58,794 nt of DNA from Clostridia bacterium. GTDB taxonomy: Bacteria; Bacillota; Clostridia; Oscillospirales; QAMX01. The notes under the pieces were generated by a model that saw only the letters and a program-made list of their open reading frames with translations, was not told where the DNA came from and made no database searches. The first letter of the stretch is position 1. Each line of letters begins with the position of its first letter. Shown here in pieces: positions 1 through 9,552 of this stretch. The translations under genes and the position numbers were made by a program. Where the stretch lies: the NCBI GenBank assembly GCA_017533425.1, contig JAFXIE010000104.1, positions 1 to 58,794 on the forward strand. Reading direction: 5' to 3'.

Positions 1-355
1 CCAGGGAAAGAAGCTTGGTGAGATATTCGTTGGCGGAAAGAAGATTTGCGCCAACGTGCATGATGATCTCCGAGAAAAGAAGTCCGATGGAGCCGACGAT
101 CAAAAAGGAGACAAGACGGCGCCAGAAATGGGATTTTGCGCGGAAATTGATGTAATAATTGAGAAAGAAGGAGCAGAGCATTCCCACAATGCAGCCGATG
201 CAGTTGGAAACCAGCGGGTTGATCGGCAGAAAGTGGTTGCAGAGGCTGAAAACGCAGAAATCGATGCCGGCGCAGGTGCCGCCGATGATGGCATAGAGCA
301 GCAGCTGGCGCCATATGGGATTGGAACGGTATACAGCGAGAAGCTTTTTGATCAT
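1..355 (-). CDS. GtrA-family membrane protein (C-terminus cut by window edge)
   Basis: Absent from the ORF track because it runs off the window. Reverse translation from ATG 355..353 gives MIKKLLAVYRSNPIWRQLLLYAIIGGTCAGIDFCVFSLCNHFLPINPLVSNCIGCIVGMLCSFFLNYYINFRAK..., a GtrA-like multi-TM pattern. Its ATG overlaps the glf TGA (ATGA). Confidence 0.65.
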   Translation of the reverse strand, partial: MIKKLLAVYRSNPIWRQLLLYAIIGGTCAGIDFCVFSLCNHFLPINPLVSNCIGCIVGMLCSFFLNYYINFRAKSHFWRRLVSFLIVGSIGLLFSEIIMHVGANLLSANEYLTKLLSL

Positions 356-1515
356 TTTACCACGCTCCTTGCCAGCCGCAGGGCGGCGAGAATTGCCGCA
401 TCCATGTTGTAATAGGCATAATCGGCCAGCCGTCCGCAGAGATGGAGGCCGGGGATCTTCTTTGCAAGGTCGGCATATTTTGCGTGCAGCGCGCGGTTTT
501 CGTCGTTGAGAATGGCGTAGTAGGGAATGCCGGCCTCTTCGCTTCCGCGGGCATATGCGCGGGGGTATTCGTACATAACGGTGGTGGAGCCGGGCTTTTT
601 CTGCCGGGTGAGCTTCTTGAATTCGGTAATGCGGGTGAAATCCCCGTCGTTTGGATAGTTTACCACAGAGGCGGGCTGGAAGGAGGTCTTTTCGTGGTGC
701 TTAAAGACCATGTGCAGGCTGCGGTAGGGCAGGGGGCCGTAGGAGAAATCAAAGAGCTCATCGGCGGGGCCGGTATAGATGCAGATGCCGTTGAAGGGAC
801 GGCCGTCAAATTGCATGGTTCCGGCTTCGGGATCGAGGGTGAGGTGCAGCTTTGCATCGCAGGAGAGGGCAATGCTGATGTTCGGATGGGAGAGAAGCCT
901 CTCAAAGAGGGCGGTGAAGCCCTCCTTCGGCATCATCTGGATGGAATCCTGGAAATAACGGTCGTCATAGGAGAGCACCACAGGCACGCGGTTGATAACG
1001 CCGGAATCGAGGGTCTCCACGGGGGTTCCCCACTGCTTTGCGGTGTAATTTTTGAACACATAGTCAAAAACAAAGCGGCCAAGCTCGGCAAGCTCCGCAT
1101 CCTCCGCCCCCACAAGCTCGGAAACCGTCACCTTTTCCCGGCCGGGGAAGGCGGCGGGAAGCTTTTCCTTCAGGGATTCCGCCTTTTCCTTTGCAAAGAG
1201 GGTATCGATGGATTTGAAATTGAAGGGGATGGGCACAAGCTCGTCCCGGATAAGGCCAAGAACCCGATGCTCATAGAAAAACCAGTCGGAGAAGGGCTCG
1301 ATATACGCAAAGGCCTCCGCAGAATTGGTGTGGAAGATATGGGGGCCGTAGCGATGGACGAGAATGCCGTTTTCGTCCATCTCATCGTACATATTTCCCG
1401 CGATGTGATTACGCTTTTCGAGAATGCGCACCCGCAGACCGAATTCTTCTGCGAGCACCCGGGCGCAGACCGCGCCGGAGAAGCCGCAGCCGACAATAAG
1501 AGCATCAAATTCCAT
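352..1515 (-). CDS. glf: UDP-galactopyranose mutase
   Basis: 387-aa ORF with N-terminal FAD fold IVGCGFSGAV. HRYGPHIFHT and GRLADYAYYNMD segments are typical of Glf. The long + strand ORF 442..1521 is antisense noise. Confidence 0.9.
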   Translation of the reverse strand: MEFDALIVGCGFSGAVCARVLAEEFGLRVRILEKRNHIAGNMYDEMDENGILVHRYGPHIFHTNSAEAFAYIEPFSDWFFYEHRVLGLIRDELVPIPFNFKSIDTLFAKEKAESLKEKLPAAFPGREKVTVSELVGAEDAELAELGRFVFDYVFKNYTAKQWGTPVETLDSGVINRVPVVLSYDDRYFQDSIQMMPKEGFTALFERLLSHPNISIALSCDAKLHLTLDPEAGTMQFDGRPFNGICIYTGPADELFDFSYGPLPYRSLHMVFKHHEKTSFQPASVVNYPNDGDFTRITEFKKLTRQKKPGSTTVMYEYPRAYARGSEEAGIPYYAILNDENRALHAKYADLAKKIPGLHLCGRLADYAYYNMDAAILAALRLARSVVK

Positions 1516-1536
1516 GGTTAGACCTCCGTAGCTTGA

Positions 1537-3729
1537 TTATGCAAGGGTGAGCTGAACCTGTCCCATATCCTCCGGCCGGATGAGCGCGCCGGCGGCAGGA
1601 ATTTTGCGGACGCGGAAGCGGCTTTGGGCGATGATGCCGGAGCTCGCGACCCGCGCTGCGCTGCGTACAAAGTGCTTTGCCTTGAGGGTGATGACCTGCA
1701 TGCCCTGGGCATTCTTTGCCGCCTTGGGGGTGATGAGGGCAGAGGAGAAGAGAATGGCGCGTTCCGAATCGGTGAAGAGGACAAATTCCTCATCTGCGGC
1801 GATGCTGAAGGCGCCCACAAGCTTTGACTTGTCGCAGTAGGCGTTGATGAGCTTCTTGCGGTTGGTTTTGGTATCGTAGCCCTTCTTCTCGATCTTCGCC
1901 ACCTTGCCGTTTTCATAGGCAAAGATGAGGAAACCGCTGTAATCCCCGGCGGGGATCATGGTGAAGACGCTTTCGCCCTCGTCCATGCCGAGCTTTGTGG
2001 GGAGATAATCGCCGAGGACACTGGCCTTGGTATCCTCAAAGTCGGAGCCGCGGGTCTTGTAGACCTGCGCCTTATCGGTAAAGATGAGCAGCTCGTCGCG
2101 GTTGGAGCCTTCGAAGGTGACGGCCAGTTCGTCCCCCTCCTTGAGCTTGTGCTCGCCGGACATACGCAGACTCTGCGGGGTGATCTTTTTGAAATATCCG
2201 CCGCGGGTGAGGAAATAGGTGACGGGATAGTCGGGGATCTCCTCGGCCTCCTCCACATATTCCTGCGTATCCTCGTAAACAATCTCGGTTTTGCGCTCCT
2301 TGCCGTATTTTTTGGATACGCGCTTGAGATCCTCGATGATCATGGCGCGCACTCTGCGGCGGGAGCCGATGGCATCCTCCATATCGGCAATTTCCTCGCG
2401 AAGCTTGCCGGTTTCGTCCAGACGCTTGAGAATATATTCCTTGTTGATGTTGCGCAGCTTAATATCGGCAATGTAGTTTGCCTGAATTTCATCGATGCCA
2501 AAGCCGATCATGAGGTTGGGAACTACCTCGGAATCCTCCTCGGTGTTGCGGATGATGGCGATGGCGCGGTCGATATCCAGCAGGATCTTGGAAAGACCCT
2601 CCAGAAGATGCAGCCGCTCCTTCATCTTCTGCACCTTGTAGTAGAGCATCCGGCGGATGCATTCGGTGCGCCAGGAGACCCACTCATCGAGAATATCGGA
2701 AATGCCCATGGTGTAGGGACGGCCCTCGATGAGAATGTTGAAGTTGCAGGAGTAGGAATCGGTCAGCGGGGTGAGCTTATTTAGGCGTGCCATGAGCTTG
2801 TCAACTTCGGTACCGCGCTTGACATCAATGGTCAGCTTCAGGCCGGAGAGATCGGATTCATCGCGGATGTTGGTGATCTCGCGGATTTTGCCGGTCTTTA
2901 CGAGGGTGACCACCTTATCGATGATCTGCTCGATGGTGGTGGTGTAGGGGATCTCCGTGATCTCGATGCAGCCGTCCTTTTTGGAATAGCTCCACTTGGC
3001 GCGCAGCTTGACGCTTCCGCGGCCGGTGCGATAGATCTCATCCAGTGCCTTTTTATCGTAGAGAAGCTCGGCTCCCGTGGAAAAATCCGGGGCAAGCAGG
3101 GTGGAGGCAATATCGTGATCGGGATTTTTAATGTATTCAATGGTGGTTTCGCAGACCTCGCGGAGATTGAAGGAGCAAATGTTCGAGGCCATGGCGACGG
3201 CAATGCCGAGGTTTGGATTGACCAGCACGTTGGGGAAGGAGACGGGCAGGAGGGTGGGTTCCTGCATGGTGCTGTCGTAGTTATCCACAAAATCGACGGT
3301 ATCCTCGTCGATGGAATCGAAGAATTCCTCGCAGATGCCCTCCAGCTTGACCTCGGTATAACGGGCGGCGGCATAGGCCATATCGCGGGAGTAGACCTTG
3401 CCGAAGTTTCCCTTGGAATCCACCAGGGGATGAAGCAGCGTTTCGTTTCCGCGGGCAAGACGAACCATGGTCTCATAAATCGCGGCGTCGCCGTGGGGAT
3501 TTAAGCGCATGGTCTGGCCGACAACATTGGCGGATTTTGTACGGTTGCCCTTGAGAAGCCCCATCTTATACATGGTGTAGAGAAGCTTTCTGTGGGAGGG
3601 CTTCAGGCCGTCGATCTCCGGCAGGGCGCGGGAGACGATGCAGCTCATGGCATAGGGAAGGTAGTTGGTCTCTAAGGTTTCTGTGATTCTTTGATCCCGG
3701 GTCTGGGATACATCCATCCGTTCGGACAT
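1537..3729 (-). CDS. parC: Type IIA DNA topoisomerase subunit A (topoisomerase IV ParC-like)
   Basis: 730 aa. N-terminal LPYAMSCIVSRALPEIDGLKPSHRKLLY and catalytic-Tyr region AAARYTEVKL. Shorter than typical GyrA and sits directly downstream of the B subunit. Confidence 0.8.
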   Translation of the reverse strand: MSERMDVSQTRDQRITETLETNYLPYAMSCIVSRALPEIDGLKPSHRKLLYTMYKMGLLKGNRTKSANVVGQTMRLNPHGDAAIYETMVRLARGNETLLHPLVDSKGNFGKVYSRDMAYAAARYTEVKLEGICEEFFDSIDEDTVDFVDNYDSTMQEPTLLPVSFPNVLVNPNLGIAVAMASNICSFNLREVCETTIEYIKNPDHDIASTLLAPDFSTGAELLYDKKALDEIYRTGRGSVKLRAKWSYSKKDGCIEITEIPYTTTIEQIIDKVVTLVKTGKIREITNIRDESDLSGLKLTIDVKRGTEVDKLMARLNKLTPLTDSYSCNFNILIEGRPYTMGISDILDEWVSWRTECIRRMLYYKVQKMKERLHLLEGLSKILLDIDRAIAIIRNTEEDSEVVPNLMIGFGIDEIQANYIADIKLRNINKEYILKRLDETGKLREEIADMEDAIGSRRRVRAMIIEDLKRVSKKYGKERKTEIVYEDTQEYVEEAEEIPDYPVTYFLTRGGYFKKITPQSLRMSGEHKLKEGDELAVTFEGSNRDELLIFTDKAQVYKTRGSDFEDTKASVLGDYLPTKLGMDEGESVFTMIPAGDYSGFLIFAYENGKVAKIEKKGYDTKTNRKKLINAYCDKSKLVGAFSIAADEEFVLFTDSERAILFSSALITPKAAKNAQGMQVITLKAKHFVRSAARVASSGIIAQSRFRVRKIPAAGALIRPEDMGQVQLTLA

Positions 3730-3748
3730 AGCTTATACCTTCCTTTCC

Positions 3749-5746
3749 TTAAGAAATATCCGCAAGATCGAGATATTCGTATCCGTGCTGGGCGATGGCC
3801 GTCTTACGGCCCTCCAGGTTGTCGCCAAGCCACAGATCAAACACCTGCGCCGTCTTATCGGCCTCGTCGGTGGTGACGCGGATGAGGCGACGGGTCTCGG
3901 GCGCCATGGTGGTGAGGCTCATCATTTCCGGTTCGTTCTCACCAAGTCCCTTGGAGCGCTGGATGGTGACCTTCTTGTCGCCAAGCTCGTGGAGAATATC
4001 CGCCTTTTCCTGCTCGTTGTAGGCAAAATAGGTTTCGTCCTTGCAGGTGATCTCATACAGCGGGGATTCTGCAATATAGACAAAGCCCTCGGAGATGAGA
4101 TCGGGCACCAGGCGGTAGATCATGGCGAGAATGAGGGTGCGGATCTGGAAGCCGTCTTCGTCGGCATCGGTACAGATGATGACCTTATTCCAGCGCAGCG
4201 CCTCCAGCCGGAAGGGAGGCAGATCCTTGACGGCCTTGGACTTGATCTGCACACCGCAGCCAAGGACACGCATGAGATTTGTGATGATCTCGCTGGCAAA
4301 GATCTGGGCATCGCTTGCCTTCAGGCAGTTGAGGATCTTGCCGCGCACGGGCATGATGGCCTGAAATTCGGAATTTCTGGCCTGCTTGCAGGAGCCGAGG
4401 GCGGAATCGCCCTCCACGATATAGAGCTCGCGGCGGGAAAGATCGCTGGTGCGGCAGTCGACAAATTTTTCAATGCGGTTTTTGATATCCATCTTTTCCG
4501 TCATCTTGCTCTTGACGGAAACGCGTGCCTTTTCGGCGCTCTCGCGGGAGCGCTTGTTGACGAGGATCTGATCGCCGATCTTCTGCGCCTCAGCGGGGTT
4601 TTCAATGAAATAAACCTCCAGGGATGCGCGCAAAAATTCCGTCATGGCATCCTGGATGAACTTGTTTGTGATGGCCTTTTTGGTCTGGTTTGCATAGGAG
4701 GCCACGGAGGAGAAGCAGTTGGTGACTATAAGCAGGCAATCGGCCACATCCACAAACTGGATCTTGGATTCGTTCTTGATGTATTTGTTCTGCCCCTTCA
4801 GGTAGGCATCGATGGCATAGACAAAGGCGGAGCGCACTGCCTTATCGGGGCTGCCGCCATGCTCAAGCCAGGAGGAGTTGTGGTAATACTCCAGGGTGGG
4901 ATGGGAATTTGTGAAGGTAAAGGCAACGTTGATCTTCAGCTTATAATCTGCCTTATCCTCGCGGTCGCGGCCGATGCGCTCGGCAGAGAGGGAGCGCACA
5001 GAGGTAAATTCCGTGCCGGCGGCAAGCTCGGCGACGTAGTCCGTGATGCCGTTGGGGTAGAGATATTCCGTGGTCTCAAATTTGGAGCCCTTCTGCTCCC
5101 GGAAGATAAACTTGATGCCGGCGTTTGCCACCGCCTGGCGGCGCAGCACATCGTGGAAATAGGCCTCCGGGATGACGATATCGGTAAAAACGGCAAGATC
5201 CGGCCGCCAGTAATGGGTGGTGCCGGTTTTTTTGCGGTCAGCCGGCTCCTTGAGGAGCTTGTTCGGCGCTTTGGTTACGTTAACACCTTTTTTGAAATTC
5301 AGGGTATACTTTGTGTTGTCGTAATAGGAGGTGACGGTCATAAACTCGGAGGAATACTGGGTTGCACAGGCGCCGAGGCCGTTCATACCGAGGGAAAGCT
5401 CGTAATCCTTGCCGCCCTGGTTGTTGTATTTTCCGCCGGCGTAGAGCTCGCAGTAAATGAGCTCCCAGTTGTAGCATTTTTCCTTGGGGTTATAGTCCAC
5501 GGGCACGCCGCGGCCAAAGTCATCCACCTGGAGAGAATTGTCGGCATAGTGGGTGACGATGATTTCGTTGCCGTAGCCTTCGCGGGCCTCGTCAACGGAG
5601 TTGGAAAGTATTTCAAAGAATGAGTGCTCACAGCCGTCGATACCGTCAGAGCCAAAAATAACCGAAGGACGCTTACGTACGCGGTCGGCTCCCTTCAGGG
5701 AAACGATACTCTCGTCACCGTAGGATTTGGACGTCTCTTTTGCCAT
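3749..5746 (-). CDS. parE: Type IIA DNA topoisomerase subunit B (ParE-like)
   Basis: The ORF track starts at TTG 5758. ATG 5746 (MAKETSK...) preceded by GGAGGA is the more likely start. GHKL ATPase region EILSNSVDEA, Toprim ELYIVEGDSA, PVRGKILN, TDADEDGFQI. Confidence 0.85.
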   Translation of the reverse strand: MAKETSKSYGDESIVSLKGADRVRKRPSVIFGSDGIDGCEHSFFEILSNSVDEAREGYGNEIIVTHYADNSLQVDDFGRGVPVDYNPKEKCYNWELIYCELYAGGKYNNQGGKDYELSLGMNGLGACATQYSSEFMTVTSYYDNTKYTLNFKKGVNVTKAPNKLLKEPADRKKTGTTHYWRPDLAVFTDIVIPEAYFHDVLRRQAVANAGIKFIFREQKGSKFETTEYLYPNGITDYVAELAAGTEFTSVRSLSAERIGRDREDKADYKLKINVAFTFTNSHPTLEYYHNSSWLEHGGSPDKAVRSAFVYAIDAYLKGQNKYIKNESKIQFVDVADCLLIVTNCFSSVASYANQTKKAITNKFIQDAMTEFLRASLEVYFIENPAEAQKIGDQILVNKRSRESAEKARVSVKSKMTEKMDIKNRIEKFVDCRTSDLSRRELYIVEGDSALGSCKQARNSEFQAIMPVRGKILNCLKASDAQIFASEIITNLMRVLGCGVQIKSKAVKDLPPFRLEALRWNKVIICTDADEDGFQIRTLILAMIYRLVPDLISEGFVYIAESPLYEITCKDETYFAYNEQEKADILHELGDKKVTIQRSKGLGENEPEMMSLTTMAPETRRLIRVTTDEADKTAQVFDLWLGDNLEGRKTAIAQHGYEYLDLADIS

Positions 5747-5780
5747 GTGTTCCTCCAAATGTTGTGTTTTGATTCATGAT

Positions 5781-5809
5781 ATTATACCATAATTAGTAAT
5801 TAATTGCAA
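5781..5809 (-). promoter_or_regulatory. Sigma-70-type promoter for parE-parC
   Basis: The minus strand reads TTGCAA, a 17-nt spacer, then TATAAT with an extended -10 TG (TGgTATAAT), about 35 nt upstream of the parE start. Confidence 0.55.
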
Positions 5810-5818
5810 GACAGGCGC

Positions 5819-5851
5819 CAAAAAAGAAAGGAGCCGCAGATAGCCTGCGGC
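5819..5851 (-). terminator. Intrinsic terminator after the M16 peptidase gene
   Basis: Stem GCCGCAG/CTGCGGC (5833-5839 / 5845-5851) with a 5-nt loop, followed on the minus strand by TCCTTTCTTTTTT. Confidence 0.55.
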
Positions 5852-5865
5852 CCCGATGATTTTCG

Positions 5866-7095
5866 CTATAGATCCTGTGGCAGATTGCCCACCAGGGCAT
5901 GCGACTTTAGCTCCTCCCGGAAGATGCGGCGGGCGAGGGTGAGAATGTCCTCCCGGGTGACGGCGGCATAGCGCTCACAAGTTTTCTCAAGGTCGGGAAA
6001 TTTGCCGAAGAGAAGCTCTGTGCGGGCAAGCTGGCTCATGCGCGGGCCGGTGCCCTCAAGGGAGATGAGCATACCCGCCTCCGTCTGATCCCGGGCGCGG
6101 TCAAGCTCCTCCTGGGTCACGCCGTCGCAAAGAAGCCTGTCGATCTCATCCCGGATGGAGGCCTCGGCAGAGCGCAGGCTCTCGCAGCCGGTTGCTGTGT
6201 AGATATCGTAAAATCCGGCATCCGTCACAGCGGCAGCAACCCCGCAGATGGAGTAGCAGGCTCCGTCGCGCTCCCGTACGCGCTGGAAGAGGCGCGAGGA
6301 GATGCCGTCGCCGAAGATGGTGTTTAACAGGCGCAGGGTATAGCGATCGCCATCCGTTGCGCAGAGCCCCGGCCAGCGCAGGGCAAGGTGAGCCTGCTCG
6401 ATATCCTTCCTGCGGACGGAACGGGAGGGGGTATAGACGCATTTTCTCGAGGCATTCTTCTTTCCTGCGGGAAATGCGGAGAAAAGGCTGCAGATGCGGT
6501 CGATATCCGCCTCGCTAAAGCGCCCGCAGACGGAAACCACCATATTCGCGCCGGTATAATGGCTGCGCATATATTCGGCCATCTCATCGTGACCCATGCG
6601 ACGCAGGGCGGCACGGCTGCCGAGTATCGGCCGTCCCACCGGGCAGCCGGCCAGGGAATCGCGGCTGAGAATTTCCGCCACAAGATCCTCCGGCGTGTCC
6701 TCGTACATGCTGATCTCCTCAAAAATTACCCCGCGCTCACATTCGATATCCTCCGGCCGAAGTGCGGGGCGAAGCAGCATATCGCAGAGAAGCTCCGCGG
6801 CAAAGGTTAGATGCCGGGAGAGGCAGTTTGTATAAAAGCAGGTGGTTTCCTTGGTGGTATAGGCATTGGCATGTCCGCCGATGCGGTCAAGGGCGGCGGC
6901 AAGCTCGGCGGCGGGCATATCCTCCGTACCCTTAAAGACCATATGCTCGATGAAATGGGAAATGCCCGACAGGCGTGCGGGCTCATGCCGGCTGCCGTTC
7001 TGCACCCAGACGCCGATGCTCGCGGTATGGAAATGCGGAATCTCCTCGCAGAGTACGCGCAGGCCGTTGGGCAGAAGAATTTTTCTATAGCTCAT
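5866..7095 (-). CDS. M16 (pitrilysin/insulinase) family zinc peptidase
   Basis: 409 aa with the inverted zinc motif HxxEH (HFIEHMVFKGT) near the N-terminus and M16-like overall layout. Confidence 0.85.
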   Translation of the reverse strand: MSYRKILLPNGLRVLCEEIPHFHTASIGVWVQNGSRHEPARLSGISHFIEHMVFKGTEDMPAAELAAALDRIGGHANAYTTKETTCFYTNCLSRHLTFAAELLCDMLLRPALRPEDIECERGVIFEEISMYEDTPEDLVAEILSRDSLAGCPVGRPILGSRAALRRMGHDEMAEYMRSHYTGANMVVSVCGRFSEADIDRICSLFSAFPAGKKNASRKCVYTPSRSVRRKDIEQAHLALRWPGLCATDGDRYTLRLLNTIFGDGISSRLFQRVRERDGACYSICGVAAAVTDAGFYDIYTATGCESLRSAEASIRDEIDRLLCDGVTQEELDRARDQTEAGMLISLEGTGPRMSQLARTELLFGKFPDLEKTCERYAAVTREDILTLARRIFREELKSHALVGNLPQDL

Positions 7096-7231
7096 GCTTT
7101 CCGTCCTTTGTATCTAAGCTTTTGGTATATTATACCCCCGGATTGCGCCGCATGCAATGCAAAATCGGCAAATTATCTCAAGAACACCGTCAGTCGCATA
7201 GGATTTATGCGCAGGGAGGTGGTATGAAGGT

Positions 7232-7456
7232 ATGAACGGGCGGGCTTTGATTGAAATTTCCACGGCAACCGAAGGCTTGCAGCTGCGCAATATTCTGCGC
7301 AGAGAGGGAATTTGGGCGCGCATGGTGCGTGCGCCCCGGGGCTTTTCCGCCTCCGGCTGCACCCAGGCCGTGGAAATTCCCCACGGCGACACAGCGCTTG
7401 CGGCAGAGATCCTTGCGGGACAGGGATATGCGCAGGCGAAAATTAAAATCACATAA
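7232..7456 (+). CDS. DUF3343-like small protein (putative S/Se carrier-like)
   Basis: 74 aa. Its size, its position immediately upstream of a class-V desulfurase-like gene, and a central SASGC segment fit my memory of DUF3343 proteins. Confidence 0.5.
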   Translation: MNGRALIEISTATEGLQLRNILRREGIWARMVRAPRGFSASGCTQAVEIPHGDTALAAEILAGQGYAQAKIKIT

Positions 7457-7472
7457 ACAAGGGGAGAGGCAG

Positions 7473-8603
7473 ATGATCTATCTTGACTGCGCCGCGACAA
7501 CCTTTCAGAAACCTCCTGCCGTCATGGAGGCGATTCGCAGAGCATCGGAGATGTGCGCATCGCCGGGACGCGGAGGATATGGGCTTTCCCTTGCCGCTGA
7601 TGAGCTGCTGTTTAAGACGCGTGGGCTGGCAAAAGAGATGTTTTCTCTTTCGGATGAAAAGTACTGTATTTTTACAAAAAGTGCTACAGAGGCCTTAAAT
7701 ATCGCCATCAAAGGGTTTACACAGCCGGAAGATGAGGTGGTCATATCCTGCCTTGAGCACAATGCCGTGGTACGTCCGCTGGCAAGCGGCGGACGGCGGA
7801 TCAAAATTGCAAATTTTCCGCCCGAATGCCCGGAGGATGCAGTAATTGCCTTAGAGAGAAGCATCACCCGGCGAACAAGGCTTTGCGTCTGCACGGCGGT
7901 GTCCAATGTGTTCGGCACGATGCTTCCCATACGGGAAATCGGCGAGATATGCAGGCGGCGGGGCATTCCCTTTGTGGTGGATGCAGCGCAGGCCGCCGGA
8001 ATATTAGAGCTGTCGGTGGAGCGCATCGGCGCGGATGCCCTTTGCATTCCCGGCCATAAGGGGCTTTACGGACCTGCGGGCACGGGGCTGCTGCTTCTGT
8101 CGGGGGAACGTATTCCGAGAACTCTCATCGAGGGCGGCACAGGCAGCCATTCCGCGTCGGAGCGTCAGCCGCAGCATCTGCCGGACGCCTTTGAAGCGGG
8201 TACACAGAATATCTGGGGCATTGCGGGACTTTGTGCGGGAATAGAATTTGTGAAATCCCATCCAAAGGGGGAGATCCTCAGCGCGGAGCAAGCGCTTTGC
8301 CGCCGGATCCTTGACAATCTTCCTGCCGGTTATACCGCGCCCGGGCGGGGAAGGGATGAAAACCAAACCGGTGTATTGGCGCTTCTGCCGGTATTTGCCG
8401 GCTGTGAAGAGGTGGCGGAGTTTCTTTCCGATGCCGGCATCTGCGTGCGCGCAGGTCTGTGCTGCGCACCCCTTGCCCATCGCGCGGCGCATACCTTTGA
8501 AACCGGCGTCTTGCGCATCAGTCCCGGAATTTTCAACACCGCGGCGGATGCCGATGCTCTCTTGCGCGCACTGTCCGCGGCAAGGGATGCCCTTGGCGGC
8601 TGA
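7473..8603 (+). CDS. Class-V aminotransferase-fold PLP enzyme (cysteine desulfurase family)
   Basis: The ORF track starts at 7251, but ATG 7473 (MIYLDCAATTFQKPP) follows the RBS GGGGAGAGG. PLP-lysine motif PGHKGLYGP; C-terminal active-site-like RAGLCCAPLAH. Confidence 0.8.
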   Translation: MIYLDCAATTFQKPPAVMEAIRRASEMCASPGRGGYGLSLAADELLFKTRGLAKEMFSLSDEKYCIFTKSATEALNIAIKGFTQPEDEVVISCLEHNAVVRPLASGGRRIKIANFPPECPEDAVIALERSITRRTRLCVCTAVSNVFGTMLPIREIGEICRRRGIPFVVDAAQAAGILELSVERIGADALCIPGHKGLYGPAGTGLLLLSGERIPRTLIEGGTGSHSASERQPQHLPDAFEAGTQNIWGIAGLCAGIEFVKSHPKGEILSAEQALCRRILDNLPAGYTAPGRGRDENQTGVLALLPVFAGCEEVAEFLSDAGICVRAGLCCAPLAHRAAHTFETGVLRISPGIFNTAADADALLRALSAARDALGG

Positions 8604-8697
8604 AGGAGAAATATTCTTATAAAAAACCTTCCGAATCTGTTTCATTTAGAGAGAAATTATGTTATGATATAAATAAGAACAGGTGTAGGAGGGTCAG

Positions 8698-9549
8698 ATG
8701 GAATTCCTGTATACGCTGCGCAACGCCCTTGTTACGTTTCGGGTTCAGGATGTTGTTGACATCCTGATTGTTGCCTTTATTTTCTATAAACTGCTGTCGG
8801 TATTCAAGAACACCAGCGGCATTAAGATTCTTTGGGGCATCATACTCATCATGGTGGTCAGCCAGGTTTCCGGCTGGCTTAAGCTCTATCTGCTTAATTC
8901 AATCTTTTCAGGTGCACTGCAAATCGGAATTATTGCGGTAGTCATCGTTTTCCAGCCGGAGCTTCGCAGCATGCTTGAGCGTCTCGGCCGCCGCGGCTTC
9001 AACATCCGCCACTACATCTCCCGCCCCGACCGGGACGGCACGGCGGATCTTCTCAATACGGCTGTCCGCATCAGCGAGGCCTGTGCGAAAATGTCCCGGG
9101 AGAAGACCGGTGCCCTTATCGTGATCCAGATGCGCACCCATCTTGCGGAGATCGCCAACACCGGCACGGCGATCAACGCCGATATTTCCGCAGCCCTTTT
9201 GGAAAACATATTCTTCCATAATTCCCCCCTGCATGACGGCGCCGTCCTCATCGAGGGCAATAAGATCCTCGCCGCCGGCTGTGTGCTGCCTCTGTCCAAG
9301 AATGATATGCTCTCCAAAGAGCTGGGCACGCGTCACCGTGCAGGTATCGGCATCACCGAGCAGAGCGACGCTGTAACGGTGATTGTATCCGAGGAAACAG
9401 GCACCATATCCGTCGCGGAGGGCGGTATGCTTAAGCGACATCTGAATGCGGAAACCCTCACCCGCATTATCGAAAAAGCCCTGACTCATGACATCCCCGA
9501 GGAGAATAAGAAGGGCTTTTCCTTTAGAATCTTCCGAAAGGGGGAATGA
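8698..9549 (+). CDS. cdaA: Diadenylate cyclase CdaA
   Basis: 283 aa with three N-terminal TM segments, then DAC-domain motifs HDGAVLI and GTRHRAGIGITE...VSEETGTISVA. Confidence 0.9.
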   Translation: MEFLYTLRNALVTFRVQDVVDILIVAFIFYKLLSVFKNTSGIKILWGIILIMVVSQVSGWLKLYLLNSIFSGALQIGIIAVVIVFQPELRSMLERLGRRGFNIRHYISRPDRDGTADLLNTAVRISEACAKMSREKTGALIVIQMRTHLAEIANTGTAINADISAALLENIFFHNSPLHDGAVLIEGNKILAAGCVLPLSKNDMLSKELGTRHRAGIGITEQSDAVTVIVSEETGTISVAEGGMLKRHLNAETLTRIIEKALTHDIPEENKKGFSFRIFRKGE

Positions 9550-9552
9550 TCA

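Noticed and set aside
5781-5794. An identical 14-nt AATTATGGTATAAT core shared by the parE promoter (5781-5794) and the rnpB promoter (29534-29547).
   Set aside because: It is essentially an extended -10 consensus in AT-rich promoter DNA. Chance 14-mer repeats are expected at this window size, so there is no evidence of a repeat family.
7251-7472. 5' extensions of ORF-track calls upstream of the biologically sensible start. Affected calls: 7251 for the desulfurase, 20488 for the recombinase, 27056 for proC, 32583 for the SDR, 33682 for GH38, 37780 for spoIVB, 40098 for fumarate hydratase alpha, 41895 for HU, 46003 for the Zn-ribbon protein, 5758 for parE.
   Set aside because: In each case an internal ATG or TTG is preceded by a good Shine-Dalgarno sequence and matches the conserved N-terminus of the family. 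The extension overlaps the neighbouring gene or intergenic DNA.
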